Shown: one piece after another, positions 1-10,344 of the stretch
Numbering within the stretch: the first letter of the stretch is position 1
Layout: each line of letters opens with the position of its first letter
Source: an uncultured bacterium
GTDB lineage: Bacteria; Zixibacteria; MSB-5A5; UBA10806
DNA length: 64,000 nt
Direction of reading: 5' to 3'
Assembly (NCBI GenBank): GCA_965541585.1
Contig: CBEUCH010000014.1
Location: 22,391 to 86,390 of the forward strand
Made by a program: the position numbers and the translations under genes
Notes under the pieces: generated by a model
Database searches by the model: none
What the model saw: only the letters and a program-made list of their open reading frames with translations
What the model was told of the DNA's origin: nothing

Positions 1-1248
1 CTCTCCTCCTCGCAATCGCAATCGTGCTGGCAGCCAACAACAACAAAGCCAAGATGAGCATCCCCCATTCAGACAATGTTGGTATCTCCAAAATCTCATC
101 CCGGCGGCTATAGTAAATACCGCGCCCATCCAGGCCGCTATCCTGCCGCCAGACAACGTGCACGGTCTCATCCACAACAGCCAGATCCGGCGCCAGAGAC
201 ATTCCGGGATCATCCTCTATCCTCTGCTGTTCTCCCCATGTAGTTCCATTGTCTTCACTCAGCATATAAAAGATATCCCCCTGGTTATATCTCCAATCCT
301 CCCAAACCGAATGAATCAAATCCCCCTGCCAGATGACATTCGGATATAGAGCATCATGGGTGAACGTTATTTGCTCTTCCTCCGACCAGATTTCTCCAGA
401 ATCATAGCTGTATCTTACGAACAGATCCCCGCGCCAGAGATTGGGCGAATATTTGTAGTCCATCCAGCAGACAATCAACTCGCCCCGGTCATTTATGGCG
501 ACGGAGGGCCAGTCGGAGCCCTCGCTATCAAGAGTCGAAAGCATGATGTTCTCAGACCAGCTATCACCGGAATCGGTGCTTCTTTTATAGTAGATTTCCC
601 ATTCGTCATCATAATTGAACCTGCCTACCCAGACGAAGTGAATGATATCTTCTCTGGCCACGATTTCAAAGCGCCCCGTCTCCTGTGTCTGGAAAACCTC
701 TGTTGGTTCCGCCCAGGTCTCGCCCCAGTCGTTACTCTTAGTGAATTCAACCACGATCTGCTGCTCAGCTGTGCGACTATAAATCAAGAATAGTGAAGAG
801 CCAAAGAAGGAGAATGCATGTTTATGAAGTTCATAGCTGTTTGAGGGTAGAATATAGGTGACGTTTCCCCATGATCCGCCTCCGTTTGACGAACGCCGAA
901 ATCCAAGATTGTATTGCCCCCCCCTGGAAGATTCTGCCACCATATGGTAGCCACACTATCTCCTTTCACTTGGACCCAAGGCGAATCTTCGCCCTCTGAT
1001 ATCAAAGAATTACCTAGACGGAAGGGCTCCGCCCAATTTCCCCCCGCGTTTATACTTCTCAGATAATGTGACTCTGCATGCCCTGTCCATATCCAATAAA
1101 CGACATGCAAGGTATCCCCATTAGCGGCTATCCCCGGGCCAAAGGACGTAGCCTCATCGCTTATCCGCACCGGTGGCGTCCAGCCGGCATAAGAAACTGA
1201 GGCCAGCAACACCAACCACGGAATTATCAGGTTTCGACAAACACGCAT
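1..1248 (-). pseudogene. Secreted Asp-box (BNR/sialidase-like) repeat protein with IPTL-CTERM anchor, frameshifted at a G8 tract; 3' end runs off the window
   Basis: ATG at 1248 with signal peptide MRVCRNLIIPWLVLLASVSYA. After the C8 run at 917-924 (G8 on minus) another frame reads QYNLGFRRSSNGGGSW..SNDWGETW..STDSGDSW. That frame matches the one encoding EIPTLSEWGMLILALLLLAASTIAIARRR at 88-2. Confidence 0.8.
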
Positions 1249-1367
1249 GATGATACCTGCCACTGCTTCGCAATAGATATGGCTTTTAATAAATATAACC
1301 AATTTCCAAGAAAATGTGATATTTTTCTTAGAAGATATATACTGGATTGGCGCGTTGGCGGGAATGA

Positions 1368-2495
1368 CTATAGCGGTTTTTCATAAACCCGGTATCGCTT
1401 ATACGGCCGGGCGCCCATGTCGACTGCGCCTTTATTCATAAGCGTGTTGCGCTCCAAGATCCAGGACAACTCGGCCCACTTGTAACCCTTGCGCCTACCC
1501 TCGTTGTAGGTATCGACGAAGAAAATCATATCCAGGCCGAGCTTCTGATATTTATGCACGACACCCATCGTAACTAACCTGAGCCCGGTGATTATCTTTT
1601 TGACTTTCGTGTAATAAAGGAACTTGAACAGTCCCAGCGGGAATAGCCGTCCGTTCATCTTCTTAAGCACCGGATTGTAATCGGGCAGGGCCAGGCAAAA
1701 TCCGGCGGGCTCGTTATCGATGAATGCCAGCAAAACAATATCGGGATCGACAATCTTTCTAAAATCGTCGGCAGTATATTTGAATTCCTCCGGTGTCATG
1801 GGAACGAAACCCCAGTTTTTGCTCCAGGCGGAATTGTAGATAGTCCTGACGATATCGAGCTCGTTTTCAAAATCTTTCATATCGATTGTGCGTATCGTGA
1901 TCCTGTTTCTGGAGCGAATTTTCCGGACAATTCTCTGTATTCTCTCCGACGGGGCGCTACTATCATCGATATAATAGGCAAGCAAATCCTCCACCTTTTT
2001 CAGGCCGAGTTTATCATATAGAGCAAGATAATACTGTGGGTTGTAAACCATCATAAACGACGGCAGCGAATCAAAACCTTCCACTAATAGCCCCATTTCA
2101 TCGTTGGAGGAGAAATTCGCGGGACCCCTAATGGTCTCCATTCCCTCGGCCTTAACGAAATCCTCGGCGGCGCGCAGAAGCCCGGAGGCCACATCGATAT
2201 CGTCGATGCAATCGAAAAAGCCGAAGAAGCCGGTCTTTTCGTCATGGAATTCATTATGAAGGTCGTTTATTATACCGGCGATCCGGCCCACGGGCTCATC
2301 GTTTTTGTATGCCAGGAAATATGACACGCGGGCATGCTGAAAGAACGGGTTGGCCTGTTTGTCGAGAAACTTCTTTCGGTCCGATATCAGATGCGGGACA
2401 TAATAAGGATCGTTTTTATACAGTCTGAAGGTCAGTTTTATGAATTTTCGTAAATCGTTTTTGGTCTTGACTTCTCTTATAGCTATCGATGACAA
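1368..2495 (-). CDS. GNAT-fold protein, YghO/bacterial ceramide synthase (bCerS)-like
   Basis: 375 aa with VGRIAGI, GFFGFF, RGPANFS, YNPQYY, WSKNWGFVP and ELSWILE motifs. TTG start directly abuts the SPT stop. Confidence 0.75.
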   Translation of the reverse strand: MSSIAIREVKTKNDLRKFIKLTFRLYKNDPYYVPHLISDRKKFLDKQANPFFQHARVSYFLAYKNDEPVGRIAGIINDLHNEFHDEKTGFFGFFDCIDDIDVASGLLRAAEDFVKAEGMETIRGPANFSSNDEMGLLVEGFDSLPSFMMVYNPQYYLALYDKLGLKKVEDLLAYYIDDSSAPSERIQRIVRKIRSRNRITIRTIDMKDFENELDIVRTIYNSAWSKNWGFVPMTPEEFKYTADDFRKIVDPDIVLLAFIDNEPAGFCLALPDYNPVLKKMNGRLFPLGLFKFLYYTKVKKIITGLRLVTMGVVHKYQKLGLDMIFFVDTYNEGRRKGYKWAELSWILERNTLMNKGAVDMGARPYKRYRVYEKPL

Positions 2496-3677
2496 TTATA
2501 TGATTCCGAATTGTTTGCCGATTTGATGGAATGTCTCCAGGACCCGGTCAATTTGTTCGTCGGTATGGGTGGCAGTATAGCTAGTCCTTATTAGCGCCTT
2601 ACCGGGTGGCACGGCGGGCGGGATGATGGGGTTGGTGAAGAGGCCGGCTTCGGTGAGCGCTTTCCAGAACGTGAAAGTCTTCATATCTTCGCCGATGTAG
2701 ATTGGAACTATAGGCGTTTGCGTGGGGCCGATATCAAAACCCATATTGGTGAATTCTTTATGCATCCGCTTTGTAATCTCCCACAGGCGAGCCCGTCTCT
2801 CCGGCTCGGATCTCAATATCTTGAGAGTGGCCCGCACCGCAGCCACTGCCGCCGGTGGAGGTGAAGCGGAGAATATCAGCGTCCTTGAGTGATGTTTTAT
2901 ATAATGAATGGTTTCCTCATCGCCTGCAATAAACCCTCCAAGGGAAGCGAATGACTTGGAGAAGGTTCCCATTACGATATCGACCTTATCCTCGAGATGA
3001 AAATGCTCTGCAGTTCCCCGCCCGTTATCCCCTAACACCCCGATGCTATGGGCATCGTCGACCATAAGCCGGGCATCATATTTTGATGCCAGCTCCGTGA
3101 TCTTCGGCAGATCTGCGATATCACCCTCCATGGAGAAGACACCATCGGTGGCTATCAGTTTTCCTCCGGGGGAGTTGTTTTTCTCCAGAAGCCGTTCCAG
3201 GTCGGCCGTATCATTATGCTTATATTTCTTGAACTCTCCGAACACCAGCCGGCAACCATCGACGATAGAGGCGTGATTGGCTCTATCACCGAATATTATA
3301 TCATCTTTGCCGACAAGGGTAGGAATGGTGCCCAGGTTGGTCTGGAAGCCGGTCGAAAAAACCAGGGCGGCTTCTTTTTGCATAAAATCCGCCAGCTCTT
3401 CTTCCAGTTTGACATGTATATCGAGTGTACCATTGAGAAAACGGGAACCGGTACAGCCTGAACCGTATTTGTCCACCGCTTTGTGTATAGCCTCGATGAC
3501 ATCGGGGTGGTTTGTCAGGCCCAGATAATTATTGGAGCCGATCATTATAACTTTTTTACCCTCGGCGATAACCTCTGTGCCGGGAGAGGACGATATCTGT
3601 CTGAAATATGGATACAGCCCCGCCGCTTCCACTTCGCGGGCAACCTTGAAGTTCTTATACTTTTCAAATAAGTCCAT
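2496..3677 (-). CDS. spt: Serine palmitoyltransferase-like alpha-oxoamine synthase (PLP, AONS family)
   Basis: [28 protein letters not shown] and GTFSKS PLP-lysine motif. ATG 3677 follows GGAG. Neighbours fit SPT better than BioF. Confidence 0.75.
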   Translation of the reverse strand: MDLFEKYKNFKVAREVEAAGLYPYFRQISSSPGTEVIAEGKKVIMIGSNNYLGLTNHPDVIEAIHKAVDKYGSGCTGSRFLNGTLDIHVKLEEELADFMQKEAALVFSTGFQTNLGTIPTLVGKDDIIFGDRANHASIVDGCRLVFGEFKKYKHNDTADLERLLEKNNSPGGKLIATDGVFSMEGDIADLPKITELASKYDARLMVDDAHSIGVLGDNGRGTAEHFHLEDKVDIVMGTFSKSFASLGGFIAGDEETIHYIKHHSRTLIFSASPPPAAVAAVRATLKILRSEPERRARLWEITKRMHKEFTNMGFDIGPTQTPIVPIYIGEDMKTFTFWKALTEAGLFTNPIIPPAVPPGKALIRTSYTATHTDEQIDRVLETFHQIGKQFGII

Positions 3678-3792
3678 TAAATCTCCGGGATCGCAACAAA
3701 CGCCTTGCAGGGATACCATCAATCACCTAATTTTGCCATGCGAATTGTCAAGTTACCGTGCGCTTTTTTGAAAGTCAAGAGGATAAGGCAAG

Positions 3793-4776
3793 ATGCGAAA
3801 GATACTCGTAACCGGCGCTAATGGATTCATTGGATCGCATATCTGCGAAACGTTGCAGAGCGCTGGCTTCGACGTCCGGGCGCTGGTCAGGCGGACATCG
3901 GATTTGACCAATATAATGCATCTCGATCTTGAGCTTGCTCACGGCGATTTGAACGACGCTGATTCGCTTCCGGCGGCGATCGAAGGTGCAGAGGCAATAG
4001 TCAACAACGCAGGTATTACAAAAGCTCTGGATAGTGATATGTTTGATCGCGTGAACTCAGCCGGAACAGAAAATATTCTGAAGGCGATTGAGAGATCAAA
4101 TCCGGATATTAAGGATTTTATACAGATTTCTTCAACCGCGGCCTCAGGCCCGGCGCCATCGGATACGCCCATCGATGAGGATTATCCACCGCGGCCGCTG
4201 ACGGCTTACGGAAAATCGAAGCTTGCAGGCGAGACGGCGGTTTTAGCCTATCGTGATAAATTCCCGGTGACTGTACTGAGACCTTCTGCCGTTTATGGCC
4301 CCCGCGACAAAGAAATGCTGTCGTTTTTCAAGGCCGTGAGTTTTCGGCTCAAGCCGACATTCGGAACAGGGGAATGCTATGTCAATTTCACCTACGTTAA
4401 GGACCTGGCGCAGGCCGTGGCGAGAACGCTTACAGAAGCTTCGTCATCTGGCAGCGTATATTTTGTTGCTGAGAAAAGACGGTATTCGTACAGCGAGGCC
4501 GGTGATATAATGAGCGAGGTTCTGGGAATTAAGGGGTTGGATATACATGTGCCTGCCACCTTGCTGAGGTTTGCGGGAAAGATATCGGAGATAACTGCTA
4601 AATTAAGAAATAAGGCGTCCATATTTTCAGCGGATAAGGCCTTGGAGATATCGCAAAAATACTGGCTTGTCGATACTTCCAGAATTGAGCGCGAGTTGAG
4701 CTTTGTGTCTCCCACGTCGTTCAGAAATGGCGTTATAGAAACGGTTGACTGGTACAGGAGGCATGGGTGGCTGTAG
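3793..4776 (+). CDS. NAD-dependent epimerase/dehydratase (extended SDR), candidate ceramide/3-ketosphinganine reductase
   Basis: TGANGFIG Rossmann motif and YGKSK catalytic motif; divergent from spt. Confidence 0.75.
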   Translation: MRKILVTGANGFIGSHICETLQSAGFDVRALVRRTSDLTNIMHLDLELAHGDLNDADSLPAAIEGAEAIVNNAGITKALDSDMFDRVNSAGTENILKAIERSNPDIKDFIQISSTAASGPAPSDTPIDEDYPPRPLTAYGKSKLAGETAVLAYRDKFPVTVLRPSAVYGPRDKEMLSFFKAVSFRLKPTFGTGECYVNFTYVKDLAQAVARTLTEASSSGSVYFVAEKRRYSYSEAGDIMSEVLGIKGLDIHVPATLLRFAGKISEITAKLRNKASIFSADKALEISQKYWLVDTSRIERELSFVSPTSFRNGVIETVDWYRRHGWL

Positions 4777-5921
4777 ACATGTTCGACTTTCAGAAAGCTC
4801 GCTCGAATTTTATGCTGGCCGATGGCTTAATCTATCTGAATCACGCATCGCAAGGTCCTCTACCGATACCATCGCGGGAGGCCTATGACCTGTATCTTGA
4901 TAGATGGCAAAAGATGGATCATCGGCACGAGGCCGAGCTCTTTACGAGCCTCGAGAACGTCCGAAAAGACCTGGCCGGGCTGATCGGTGCCACTCCCGAC
5001 CGGATAGGGATCTCGTCCACGACCTCTTTCGGCCTGAATATCGTCTCGGCAGGATATCCCTGGGCCGCGGGTGACAATGTGGTTGTTTCCGACGGGGATT
5101 TTCCAGCCAGTATTTATCCCTGGATGCGTTTGGAATCCAGCGGCGTAGAGATTAGATTCGCCAGAAACAGAGGCGGCTTTATCGATGAGGACGCCTTAAT
5201 GTCGCTGTCCGACGGCAGGACGCGTGTGATCTGTATAAGCTGGGTGCAATTCAACAACGGTTATCGGGTCGATCTTGGGAAATTGGGGGGATTCTGTCGT
5301 GAAAATGGGATTATCTTCTGCGTGGACGGCATCCAGGGAACCGGCGTAATTCCCATTGACGTGCCGTCGGAGTATATCGACCTGTTCAGTTGTGGCTGCC
5401 AGAAGTGGATGCTTGGCCCGTATGGTACAGGCTTCTTTTATCTATCTGAAAGGGCCGAGGAGATGATCCATCCGCCACTTCTGGGCTGGCTTTCTGTCGA
5501 CTGGGGGGGCGAATTTACAGATCTATTAAAATACAGGTTGGCTCCGCGGACGGGGCCGTCGAGATACGAAATAGGAACCTACCCATTCCAGGATATATCT
5601 GCCCTTGAAGCCTCTGTCGACCTGCTACAGTCATTCGACAGGCAGGCTGCATGGGACCATATAAGATCGCTGACAGGCATGATAGGCGAATTTGTGGAAT
5701 CCGATCGCAGATACGAATTGAAATCATCGATGGATGATTCAAGAAGATCAGGAATTATGGCCATTCAAGCCACTGATTCTCGAAAGCTCTTTTCCTACCT
5801 GACGGATAAGAGCTTCGCGGTCAGCCTCCGTGAGGGGGCCGTGCGGATCTCTCCCCATTTCTACAACAGCCCGGGTGAGATCGAATCGCTAATTGAGTCA
5901 TTACAGAGTTTTAAAGCATAG
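4767..5921 (+). CDS. Aminotransferase class V (cysteine desulfurase/lyase-like PLP enzyme)
   Basis: YLNHASQGP, VDGIQ, CQKWMLGP and RISPHFYN motifs; overlaps the upstream stop. Confidence 0.85.
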   Translation: MAVDMFDFQKARSNFMLADGLIYLNHASQGPLPIPSREAYDLYLDRWQKMDHRHEAELFTSLENVRKDLAGLIGATPDRIGISSTTSFGLNIVSAGYPWAAGDNVVVSDGDFPASIYPWMRLESSGVEIRFARNRGGFIDEDALMSLSDGRTRVICISWVQFNNGYRVDLGKLGGFCRENGIIFCVDGIQGTGVIPIDVPSEYIDLFSCGCQKWMLGPYGTGFFYLSERAEEMIHPPLLGWLSVDWGGEFTDLLKYRLAPRTGPSRYEIGTYPFQDISALEASVDLLQSFDRQAAWDHIRSLTGMIGEFVESDRRYELKSSMDDSRRSGIMAIQATDSRKLFSYLTDKSFAVSLREGAVRISPHFYNSPGEIESLIESLQSFKA

Positions 5922-6058
5922 AATCCGGCTCTCACTAAAAGGGGCTGTAAAGCCTGGATATAAAAGAATTATCGGATTAACAGATAATTATTCTTAAGAC
6001 CGTAACTGGTGCTCTCCTGACTCAAATATTCCGAACTGCCCATCAAACAAGGTTTCTA

Positions 6059-6087
6059 TTGACAGCCCCGTATTTAATTATTAAAAT
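6059..6087 (+). promoter_or_regulatory. sigma70-type promoter for kdsB-pyrG-kdsA, probably giving a leaderless mRNA
   Basis: TTGACA (6059-6064), 17-nt spacer, TAAAAT (6082-6087); GTG start at 6093 with no SD. Confidence 0.65.
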
Positions 6088-6092
6088 AACCT

Positions 6093-6833
6093 GTGCCGCA
6101 TGTAATTGGAATAATTCCAGCCCGATATCAGTCAAAACGTTTCCCCGGCAAGCCCCTGGCTCTGCTTGGAGGAATCCCCTTAATTGTCCGGGTCCTTGAA
6201 ACCGCACGGAATGCAAAGCTCATTTCTGAGGCGTATGTGGCAACCGACGATGATAGAATCGCATCGACCGTTAGGCAACACGGCGGACAGGTACTGATGA
6301 CATCGAGTGATCCGCCCACCGGAACGGACAGGGTAGCCGAGGCGGTTTCGGATCTCAGAGGTGGTGATTTCATCGTTAATATCCAGGGAGACGAACCGTT
6401 TCTCTCCGGCGACGTTATAGATAAGGTCATAACCGCTCTTGATGATAGTGACGTCGCGATGTCGACCGCCTGTTCGCCGATCGAAGAACGGAGTCAGGCG
6501 GACGATCCTAATGTCGTTAAGGTTGTACTGGACGGGGCCGGGAACGCCCTTTTCTTTTCGAGAAGCAGAATACCGTACGACCGCTCGGGTCAGGCCGGCG
6601 TAGCACAGCTATATCGCCATATCGGGATCTACGGCTTCAAGAGAGATTTCTTGATGAAATTCAGATCGCTGGAGAGAACCCCGCTTGAAAAGTCCGAAGG
6701 CTTAGAGCAGCTCCGCGCTCTTGAGCATGGATATAATATTAAAACGGTTGTTGTCGAAGGGGAATTCCCGGGGATAGACTCCGAAGAAGATTTGTTCAAG
6801 GCGGAGGAGCTTCTGGGTAAGAGGAGACGCTGA
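6093..6833 (+). CDS. kdsB: 3-deoxy-manno-octulosonate cytidylyltransferase
   Basis: [27 protein letters not shown] and LEQLRAL motifs. Confidence 0.95.
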   Translation: MPHVIGIIPARYQSKRFPGKPLALLGGIPLIVRVLETARNAKLISEAYVATDDDRIASTVRQHGGQVLMTSSDPPTGTDRVAEAVSDLRGGDFIVNIQGDEPFLSGDVIDKVITALDDSDVAMSTACSPIEERSQADDPNVVKVVLDGAGNALFFSRSRIPYDRSGQAGVAQLYRHIGIYGFKRDFLMKFRSLERTPLEKSEGLEQLRALEHGYNIKTVVVEGEFPGIDSEEDLFKAEELLGKRRR

Positions 6834-6834
6834 G

Positions 6835-8490
6835 ATGGCTGATAATAACAGGGGAACGAAATACATATTCGTAACGGGCGGAGTTGTGTCGTCCCTGGGT
6901 AAAGGAATTGCCGCGGCATCTATCGGGCTGCTTTTGAAATGCAGGGGCTTGAGCGTCAGAATGATGAAATGCGATCCCTATATCAATGTCGACCCGGGAA
7001 CCATGAATCCCTTTCAGCATGGGGAGGTATTCGTTCTCGACGACGGTTCCGAGACGGATCTCGACCTGGGCTATTATGAGCGGTTTCTCGACATAAACTT
7101 AAATAGCCTTTCAAATATAACCTCGGGGCAGGTTTACGATGCAGTGATCCAGAGTGAGAGAAGGGGCGTGTATTTAGGCGCCACGGTTCAGGTAATTCCC
7201 CATATAACCAATGAGATTAAATCGAGGATCAGGCAACTGGCCGAGACGCCGGAGCCGGCGGACGTGGTCATCATAGAGATCGGCGGGACCGTCGGTGATA
7301 TCGAGTCTCTGCCATTCCTTGAGGCTATCAGACAGATGGCGCTCGAGGAGGATGACTCAGACACGCTATTTATACATTTGACTCTGGTCCCCTATATAGA
7401 GGGCGCGGGTGAGTTGAAGACGAAACCGACCCAGCATTCGGTAAAGGCTTTGCGAGAGATCGGGATAGATGCGGATATATTGATATGCCGCAGCTCCCGG
7501 CCTTTAACACGCGATGCCAAGAAGAAAATCGGCCTGTTCTGCAATGTGCCGCCGGAGGCGGTGATTCAGGATCTCGATGTAGAGTCGATCTATGAGCTTC
7601 CTATCGAATTCCACAAGGAGCTTGTAGATAATATCCTGGTTCATTATCTGAAGCTGCTATGCAAGGATCTCGATATATCGCAATGGGCGTCAATGGTTCA
7701 GCGTTTGAAGAACCCGGAGCATAAGGTGAAGATAGGCATCTGCGGGAAGTATATCGATTTAAAGGATGCCTATAAATCTATAATTGAGTCATTTGTGCAT
7801 GCCGGCACGGTCCATAAATCGTCGGTAAGCCTCAAGTGGATATCATCGGAAGGGATCTCCGAAGATGGAGCCGAAGCTCACCTATCCGATATCGACGGGC
7901 TCCTGGTTCCGGGGGGGTTCGGGGAACGGGGGATCGAGGGGAAAATCGAAGCGGTCAGGTATGTTCGAGAGAATAATATACCGTTTTTGGGCATATGCCT
8001 GGGTTTGCAGTGCGCGGTAGTGGATTTCGCCAGGAACGTGGCCGGGCTGAAGCATGCCAATTCCTCGGAATTCGACAATAAGACGGCGCATCCTGTCATA
8101 GATCTCATGGACGAACAAAAAGGCGTAACCGACAAGGGGGGGACCATGAGGCTTGGCAGTTATCCATGCAGAATTGTCCCGGCGACCCTGGCGCACAAAC
8201 TTTATGGAGCTGTAAATATTAAGGAACGTCACCGCCACCGTTACGAGGTCAACAACGAGTACAGGGAGAATCTGGGCTCGGCGGGCATGGTTCTATCGGG
8301 CCTTTCGCCGGACGGAAACCTGGTGGAGATAATTGAGCTGCCGTCCCACCCCTTTTTCATAGCCTGCCAGTTTCATCCGGAATTGAAATCCCATCCCATG
8401 AATCCTCATCCGCTGTTCGCAGGGCTCGTGGGTGCTGCGCTCGAATATAAGCAGGTCAGTAGCAAGGCCGCTGAGAAAGTAGAAAAGTAG
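6835..8490 (+). CDS. pyrG: CTP synthase
   Basis: [32 protein letters not shown] and QFHPE motifs. Confidence 0.98.
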   Translation: MADNNRGTKYIFVTGGVVSSLGKGIAAASIGLLLKCRGLSVRMMKCDPYINVDPGTMNPFQHGEVFVLDDGSETDLDLGYYERFLDINLNSLSNITSGQVYDAVIQSERRGVYLGATVQVIPHITNEIKSRIRQLAETPEPADVVIIEIGGTVGDIESLPFLEAIRQMALEEDDSDTLFIHLTLVPYIEGAGELKTKPTQHSVKALREIGIDADILICRSSRPLTRDAKKKIGLFCNVPPEAVIQDLDVESIYELPIEFHKELVDNILVHYLKLLCKDLDISQWASMVQRLKNPEHKVKIGICGKYIDLKDAYKSIIESFVHAGTVHKSSVSLKWISSEGISEDGAEAHLSDIDGLLVPGGFGERGIEGKIEAVRYVRENNIPFLGICLGLQCAVVDFARNVAGLKHANSSEFDNKTAHPVIDLMDEQKGVTDKGGTMRLGSYPCRIVPATLAHKLYGAVNIKERHRHRYEVNNEYRENLGSAGMVLSGLSPDGNLVEIIELPSHPFFIACQFHPELKSHPMNPHPLFAGLVGAALEYKQVSSKAAEKVEK

Positions 8491-8504
8491 CCGGGGGGCT
8501 GATT

Positions 8505-8930
8505 TTGAAATCTATTCGAGAATTAATCTCCGGGATTCTAATGCTTACGTTCGCCGGCGTGCTGGCCTGGTTTGGCTGTAAAGGGCCGGATAATACCGCA
8601 GATGATAAAATTCCGTTACCCTTCCCGGATGAGAGGATGTCTAAATTTTACCAGAGCCGCGTCGATTCCTCCGAATTCGAGTGGTTTACCGATGTCAAGG
8701 CCGCGGCATCATCCTTCATAAACGAAATGGATTTTGTTGAGGGTGGAATTTCGACAACGGATGTCGTGATTCTGGGGGAAGGATTGTTCCATGCTAAAGT
8801 CGAGGTGGAGCTTCCTGACAAGATCATGGTGCTGACAATGGAGAGACCGTACAAGCACAAGGGCAAGAATTCTATCTGGCAGGTAATGGGGGTAGAAGAG
8901 AAGGAATGGCCGAAAAGAAAGTCGGAATAG
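8505..8930 (+). CDS. Hypothetical lipoprotein
   Basis: Hydrophobic N-terminus ending WFGC; packed between pyrG and kdsA. Confidence 0.6.
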   Translation: MKSIRELISGILMLTFAGVLAWFGCKGPDNTADDKIPLPFPDERMSKFYQSRVDSSEFEWFTDVKAAASSFINEMDFVEGGISTTDVVILGEGLFHAKVEVELPDKIMVLTMERPYKHKGKNSIWQVMGVEEKEWPKRKSE

Positions 8931-9718
8931 GCAATGTGACGGTTGGAGGCGACCAGTTGGCGCTTATAGCTGGGCCGTGCGCCGTAGAGTCTGAGGATAT
9001 AACATTTAAAGCAGCAGAGACGGTTGCTGCGGTCCGCGATAAGTACAAGATTCCGGTAATATTCAAATCGTCGTATATGAAAGCCAATCGCTTGTCGGGG
9101 CAGTCGTTTTCCACCATGGGGATTGGCAAGGCGCTCTCCATTTTGCAGGATGTAAAAGGGAAATTCAATCTCCCTATCCTGACCGATATTCACAGCGTGG
9201 AGGAGATCGAACTGGTCTCCGATATCGCCGATTGCCTGCAGATACCGGCTTTTCTTTGCCGCCAGACCGAGCTTGTTATGGCGGCTGCGAAGACGATGCT
9301 GCCATTGAATATCAAAAAGGGTCAGTTCCTGGCGCCGGAGGATATGAAACCTATTGCCGAGAAGGTCACCGCTACCGGCAACTCTAAGGTTCTGCTAACC
9401 GAACGGGGCACCAGTTTCGGATACCACGATCTGGTGGTTGATTTCCGAGGTCTTCTGATCATGGCCGAACTGGGTTTCCCGGTGGTGTTCGATTGTACCC
9501 ATTCGGTTCAAAAACCGGGAGCGGCGGGAGGCTCCTCCGGCGGCGATCCCAGGTTTATCATTCCGCTGGCGCGTGCAGCAGTGGCAGTTGGTGTCGATGC
9601 CATTTTTGTGGAGACGCATCCCGAACCGTCGAAAGCGCTATCTGACAAAGAATGCCAGCTGCCTACGGATAAACTTGCTGAGTTGGTGGAGAGCATTCTG
9701 GAGATAAGAGCAGTTTAG
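8906..9718 (+). CDS. kdsA: KDO 8-phosphate synthase (metal-dependent type)
   Basis: IAGPC, KANR, QIPAFLCRQT, KKGQF, ERG and DCTHSVQ motifs. Confidence 0.95.
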   Translation: MAEKKVGIGNVTVGGDQLALIAGPCAVESEDITFKAAETVAAVRDKYKIPVIFKSSYMKANRLSGQSFSTMGIGKALSILQDVKGKFNLPILTDIHSVEEIELVSDIADCLQIPAFLCRQTELVMAAAKTMLPLNIKKGQFLAPEDMKPIAEKVTATGNSKVLLTERGTSFGYHDLVVDFRGLLIMAELGFPVVFDCTHSVQKPGAAGGSSGGDPRFIIPLARAAVAVGVDAIFVETHPEPSKALSDKECQLPTDKLAELVESILEIRAV

Positions 9719-9733
9719 AGTATAGAGGGGATC

Positions 9734-10204
9734 ATGCCATCCAAAAAATCCTGGCGTGAGAAGCTGGCCGATAGCAAGGATCTGCCTAAAATCCAGAAGG
9801 TCGAGGGGAAAATGTCCAGGCGCTGGGGCGAGGGGACATTCGTTATCCCTGCACCGGTGGAGGTTAATGAAATGATGCGCCGGGTTCCCAAGGGGAAGCT
9901 GGTCACCATTAATGAGATCCGGGCCAAGCTGGCAAAGAAGCATCGGGTAAACTTCGGGTGCCCAATCACCACAGGAATCTTTGCCTGGATCGCGGCCAAC
10001 GCCGCCGAAGAGATGGCCGCCGAGGGGAAAAAGAGGATCACGCCCTATTGGCGGACTCTCAAAGCCGGCGGCGAGCTCAATCCCAAATACCCGGGCGGGA
10101 TCAGGAATATCAGATCGCGTTTGAAGGCTGAGGGCCATAAGGTCGTCAGCAAAGGCAAGAAGTTTGTCGTCGAAGATTACGAGAAAGCGCTGGTAATGAT
10201 TTAG
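9734..10204 (+). CDS. MGMT-family DNA-binding/alkyltransferase-like protein lacking the canonical PCHR cysteine
   Basis: VPKGKLVT helix-turn-helix region, PYWR at the PCHR position, LKAEGH. Confidence 0.75.
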   Translation: MPSKKSWREKLADSKDLPKIQKVEGKMSRRWGEGTFVIPAPVEVNEMMRRVPKGKLVTINEIRAKLAKKHRVNFGCPITTGIFAWIAANAAEEMAAEGKKRITPYWRTLKAGGELNPKYPGGIRNIRSRLKAEGHKVVSKGKKFVVEDYEKALVMI

Positions 10205-10344
10205 CCGTATTTCATTTGCTTTTTTTATCCCGTGATTTTCCCCGGCGAACGCATTAGCATCTTATCGTGAATCATGGTAGATCCAGCTTCCACCATTATA
10301 TGAGCGCTTGACACTTTTTTGCCTTAGAGGTTATTTTGACAATA

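Noticed and set aside
158..793. Plus-strand ORFs 158-349 and 356-793
   Set aside because: Antisense shadows of the frameshifted IPTL-CTERM gene.
2496..3677. bioF or kbl annotation
   Set aside because: No biotin or tdh neighbours, and it is coupled to a bCerS-like gene; disfavoured but not excluded without phylogeny.
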